From contig CAWIAD010000001.1 of assembly GCA_963833985.1 (NCBI GenBank), positions 320,001-384,000 on the forward strand: a DNA stretch of 64,000 nucleotides. Reading direction: 5' to 3'. The notes below the pieces were generated by a model. It searched no databases. It was not told the origin of the DNA and saw only the letters and a list, made by a program, of their open reading frames with translations. The stretch comes from an uncultured Planctomycetaceae bacterium. Its GTDB lineage: Bacteria > Planctomycetota > Planctomycetia > Isosphaerales > Isosphaeraceae. The position numbers and the translations under genes are program-made. Every line of letters begins with the position of its first letter. The stretch's first letter is position 1. Shown here piece by piece: positions 61,301-64,000 of this stretch.

Positions 61301-62022
61301 GTCTTCTCGGTGAGCGACTGGCCGACGGCCTTGGCCACGCCGAAGTCGATGACCTTCGGCACGGGCTTGCCGTCGATCATCGTCACCAGCACGTTGGACG
61401 GCTTGATGTCGCGGTGGATCACGCCTTTCTGGTGCGCGTGCTGGACGGCCTGGCAGACCTGCACGAAGAGGGCCAGCCGCTCGCCGGGAGCGAGCCTCTG
61501 GGCGTCGCAGTAGTCGGTGACCGGCACGCCGCGGACCAGTTCCATGACGAAGTAGGGGCGGCCGGCGGGCGTGCTGCCGGCGTCGAGGACGCGGGCGATG
61601 TTCGGGTGGTCCATGAGCGCCAGGGCCTGGCGCTCGGCCTCGAACCGGGCGACCACGTCGCGCGTGTCCATCCCCGGCTTGAGAACTTTCAGCGCGACCT
61701 TGCGGCGGACGGGCTCGGTCTGCTCGGCGACGAAGACGAGGCCGAATCCCCCCTCGCCGATTTGCTCCATCAGCCGGTAATGTCCGATCCGGTCGCCCAC
61801 CTCGGCGGCCGGCGGGCCGGCGTCGGTGGCGTCGAAGTCGCCCGTGACGGCAACGTCGGCCGGCGGCCGGTCCAGCAGGTTGCCGGCGGCGTGGGCCGAG
61901 AGCAAGGCGTCGACCTCGCGCCGCAGCTTCGGGTCCCCGGCACAGGCGTTTTCCAGGTATGCCGCCCGGTCGCTCGGTCGCGGAATGGCCAGGGCGGCAG
62001 CGAAGATCGATTCGTCGGTCAT
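58372..62022 (-). CDS. Ser/Thr protein kinase with TM, coiled coil and divergent WD40 propellers
   Basis: MTDESIF start; GEGGFG, VALK, RFEAERQALALMDHPNIA, HRDIKPSN, DFG, SPE; DLRGFEWHY; WD40-like repeats; stop overlaps the ECF ATG. Confidence 0.93.
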   Translation of the reverse strand: MTDESIFAAALAIPRPSDRAAYLENACAGDPKLRREVDALLSAHAAGNLLDRPPADVAVTGDFDATDAGPPAAEVGDRIGHYRLMEQIGEGGFGLVFVAEQTEPVRRKVALKVLKPGMDTRDVVARFEAERQALALMDHPNIARVLDAGSTPAGRPYFVMELVRGVPVTDYCDAQRLAPGERLALFVQVCQAVQHAHQKGVIHRDIKPSNVLVTMIDGKPVPKVIDFGVAKAVGQSLTEKTVYTRFAQVLGTPLYMSPEQAEMSGVDVDTRADVYALGVLLYELLTGSTPFDRDRFRRAAFDEIRRIIREEDPPRPSTRLSSLGPTLTDISAQRGTDPGKLPGVVRGELDWIVMKCLEKDRNRRYETANGLARDVERFLEGETVEACPPTVGYRLRKLYRRNRAAVLVGGLILGLTYAGASGIFFAYQRAVRAEARVADERNQAIVSEQRAIAATRDAVVERDNAARATESLRQLTDRQRRTLYASEMNLTQAAWESGDARRTLELLRHWVPKPGEDDLRGFEWHYWNRQAHQEKRVVRLEGLTPQERTMGVLGGLSRDGKKVAGAVNERNRSSWTLRAWDATTGRELWRSAPIRGGFESCTFSDDGRRLLTVNEVRKGNEISAESRLWEFGDGKLIFDSPKVPFHRSSPLLADGERLVVDIHDRSTDRFRNSNLIGLQILRVPDGKEMARIRLEPEDRASTIVDWLAFSPDERCILLEERGSSKSNGNKTRLCLQDRQSGRRVWSHDLGEAEYPRDVEFFPGGDRILIRVFSLEKGEALVVLDARDGRRLSSHPLAALRGLHYFAERTLVSTRSRFATVQNSRVLVFALDRPDDGPPVSFPHESDLAAISLMDEGSRLVTLDQSGVVREWDATPPPRLKQVLGSMYASRDGTRRFSHTSYTVTEGKAWIQDDAGRDVGGPLPTMPIGHAHGPAASADGMIRAIAWHPDSGEGLAIAWDLAAGRERCRVPLGPGSWEDIAVSPDGARAAVLGTPPELAGKPHIPQWVKIIDLKTGAVVYSTRELPGSPHFGGVAFSHDSKHLVMTCGSSEASDDWAVVWYDAWNLNPTAHLPIGSRANVGGLSPEGQLIALREHRLPGYQVSQRGWDTVRVFPVPPILRGETPALLYEIRGSAREFDFMEFSPDGQRLLAGEGRLRLWDSVSGAELLSISDRGQSGSSMTRHCFSLDGRRIWGELDENNRLLVWDARPLDDKVTAP

Positions 62023-62272
62023 GGCAGCCCTTCGCATGGGTTCCCTTCGGGACTCTATCCACAAATGCGCAGGACAGAGCTGGAACGCACCAGGAAACAT
62101 TGACGCTCGGCGCAGATTTCGATTGCACGGGATGGGCCACCTGCATGAATATCCAATCGGCATGAAATCGCATGCCCTCCCACATCTCGGTCGCCGCCAC
62201 ACAATAAGATGATCTAAGCGCCTTTTTAGACCGGGGATCCTTTCCGTCAGACGGACTATCGAGAGATGCATC

Positions 62273-62764
62273 ATGTATATTATCATCTATGGCTTCCGGA
62301 ACCGGGATATCGTTGTAAAGTCGGGAACATTCGAATGCCCGAATTGTCACAAGCGAGCGTATTGCAAGCACCGTAAAATCGAGAAATGGCTGACAGTGTT
62401 CTTGATTCCCATCTATCCTTGGGAGATCGAGGCCGAATACTGCCAGTGCGACGATTGCCGCATGTCCTTTACAGAGACCACTTCCCAGCCTTTCCTCCCA
62501 GCCGGAGGTTATCTCCGAAGCGACATTCAGGCGGAACTGCTTTCGGGTGCTCCGATCGAGCCGGTGATCGAACGTCTCATCGACTCGGGCGTCGATCCAG
62601 AGACAGCCAGCAGAGTCATCAGCGAGATCGCGGGAGAGTCGCGATCCCTGTGCCGAGCCTGCGGCCTGAGCTTCATGCAAAACGTTTCGACTTGCTGGAA
62701 TTGTCGTGGCGATACGGTGAAGGCGTCGGAGAAAAAGGGCGGCTGGCTCGATGAGCTGGCGTGA
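62273..62764 (+). CDS. Double zinc-ribbon protein (zinc_ribbon_15-like)
   Basis: CPNC..WLTVFLIPIYP..CDDC; second CRAC..CWNC; locally low GC. Confidence 0.7.
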   Translation: MYIIIYGFRNRDIVVKSGTFECPNCHKRAYCKHRKIEKWLTVFLIPIYPWEIEAEYCQCDDCRMSFTETTSQPFLPAGGYLRSDIQAELLSGAPIEPVIERLIDSGVDPETASRVISEIAGESRSLCRACGLSFMQNVSTCWNCRGDTVKASEKKGGWLDELA

Positions 62765-62951
62765 ACTTCAAAACCCTAAATTCGTGTGGGTTGGCGCGTC
62801 GACGGCCGTGCTTAAGCGCAGGGCGGCGCGTGTGAAGATACCGCCGCGGCTCGATCCACGACGGGACGAAATGAAGACGAGCACAGATCGAACCCAATGG
62901 CCGCGGCAGTAAGGCGGCTTGACGGACGGGCGGCTATTGCGGTCGGACGGA

Positions 62952-63599
62952 TCATTCGGTGGCGGAACGAGCCGGGCGCGAGGGAAGAATGGCGTCGACG
63001 TGGATTTCGCCGAGCGTCCGACCATCGATCACAACGGGCACGACCTGGGTCGCGCCGTAGGTCACGCACGATGCGTAACCGGTCGGGACAGGGTCCGAGT
63101 AAACCTCGACCTCCCGCTCGACGAGATTCACGATCCAGTAGGTCGGGATGCCAGAGGGCCCGTTAACCTCGGCCGCCAAGCGCCGGTCTTGGGCCAGACT
63201 GGAGTCGGCGATCTCCACGAAGAGCATGACGTCCTCGGGACCCGGATGCCAGTCCTCGTAATCGCGGATCGATCCCCGCACCACGCACCGATCGGGCTCC
63301 GGCTCGCTGGCCCTGGCCGAGAGGCGGATCGGCTTGGCCGCACGAATGTGGCACCGGTCGAGTGGTACGACGCGCTCGAGTTCACGGCCGCACAGCTCAT
63401 CGGCGATTCCATGAGGGGGATTCTGAGTTGTCTTCTCCACCAGGAATCCATTGATCAGGTGAAACCGATCCGACTCCTGAAAAGCTCCCGAGGCCACCAT
63501 TGCCTCTTACTGCTCGACCGACAGCCGATAGAGCGGCGACGGGATCCAGGCGGAATCTCCCGCCGGACTCACGGGCGGTGGGACAGGAATCGTGGACAT
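62952..63599 (-). pseudogene. Uma2-family (PD-(D/E)xK) endonuclease with in-frame TAA at 63507-63509
   Basis: MSTIP..LYRLSVEQ*EAMVASGAF (Tyr expected at the stop); INGFLVEK, EPEPD, VEIADSS, GIPTYWIVNL. Confidence 0.8.
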
Positions 63600-63897
63600 G
63601 CGGTTGACTCGCTTCGTCCTTCGGCTCACCGGCCAGGGCGATGAACCCGGGTGCTCCGCAGCATGGCTCTTCATCATAGCGACCAAGCCCATGGCCCGGA
63701 ACGACCCTTGGGATCGCCACTGCCTGCTGGAAACGGGGCCTGGGATGGTGTCCAATGCGAGCAGGGCCCTCGTCGCCCTGTCCTCCGTCGTGCTCGATGC
63801 TGACCGTCCCGCCTGGAGACCGGCGAATCTGTCCCGCCAGCGACAAACCGGGCGGATCGCGGGGTTCCTGGAACCACTCATCAATGGAGCTCCTGCC

Positions 63898-64000
63898 GTG
63901 TCTAGCACGCACTCCGTTTCGCGCCGAGGTTTCCTGTCGAGTACCGCGGCCATCGCAACCGCGGCCGGTTTCCCGACCCTGATCCCAGCCTCTGCGCTGG
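63898..64000 (+). CDS. Tat-exported protein N-terminus (runs off window; likely Gfo/Idh/MocA oxidoreductase)
   Basis: GGAG + GTG; MSSTHSVSRRGFLSSTAAIATAAGFPTLIPASAL has an SRRGFL twin-arginine motif. Confidence 0.7.
   Translation, partial: MSSTHSVSRRGFLSSTAAIATAAGFPTLIPASAL

Noticed and set aside
62023..62286. N-terminal extension of the kinase ORF to 62286
   Set aside because: Low-GC, non-domain sequence overlapping the divergent gene start; the family-typical start is MTDESIF at 62022

Overview
High-GC bacterial chromosomal segment, very likely Planctomycetota (Isosphaeraceae/Gemmataceae-like). This rests on three Hanks-type Ser/Thr kinases, two kinase-linked ECF sigma factors, a planctomycete 'E-x-R-x-L-L' export signal, a NatB-CPBP fusion, futalosine-pathway genes and a Uma2 gene. 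About 40 CDS are recognisable. Housekeeping-type genes: HDAC, pncB, mqnA, mqnC, uvrA paralog, glmU, dtd. Also present: carbohydrate enzymes, an alpha-2-macroglobulin, and several eukaryote-like signalling/proteolysis modules. Non-coding elements: a perfect parS-type palindrome (647-662), tandem operator-like palindromes before mqnA, and two REP-like repeat families. About ten 1-2 bp frameshifts between 22.9 and 55.4 kb most likely reflect long-read assembly errors. Most striking candidate system: a minus-strand cluster of Ser/Thr kinase -> cytoplasmic glycosyltransferase -> secreted Asp-box beta-propeller. The glycosyltransferase aligns motif-by-motif with animal polypeptide GalNAc-transferases (GT27) and carries its own mucin-like Pro/Thr tail plus a histone-like (PKKSSPAK)x10 tail. 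Also notable: an ECF-kinase(DUF4384)-TPR/CHAT operon facing an FN3-calpain gene, and a nucleotidyltransferase coupled to a divergent uvrA. No rRNA, tRNA, CRISPR array or transposase was recognised. All family calls come from motif reading by eye, not database searches.
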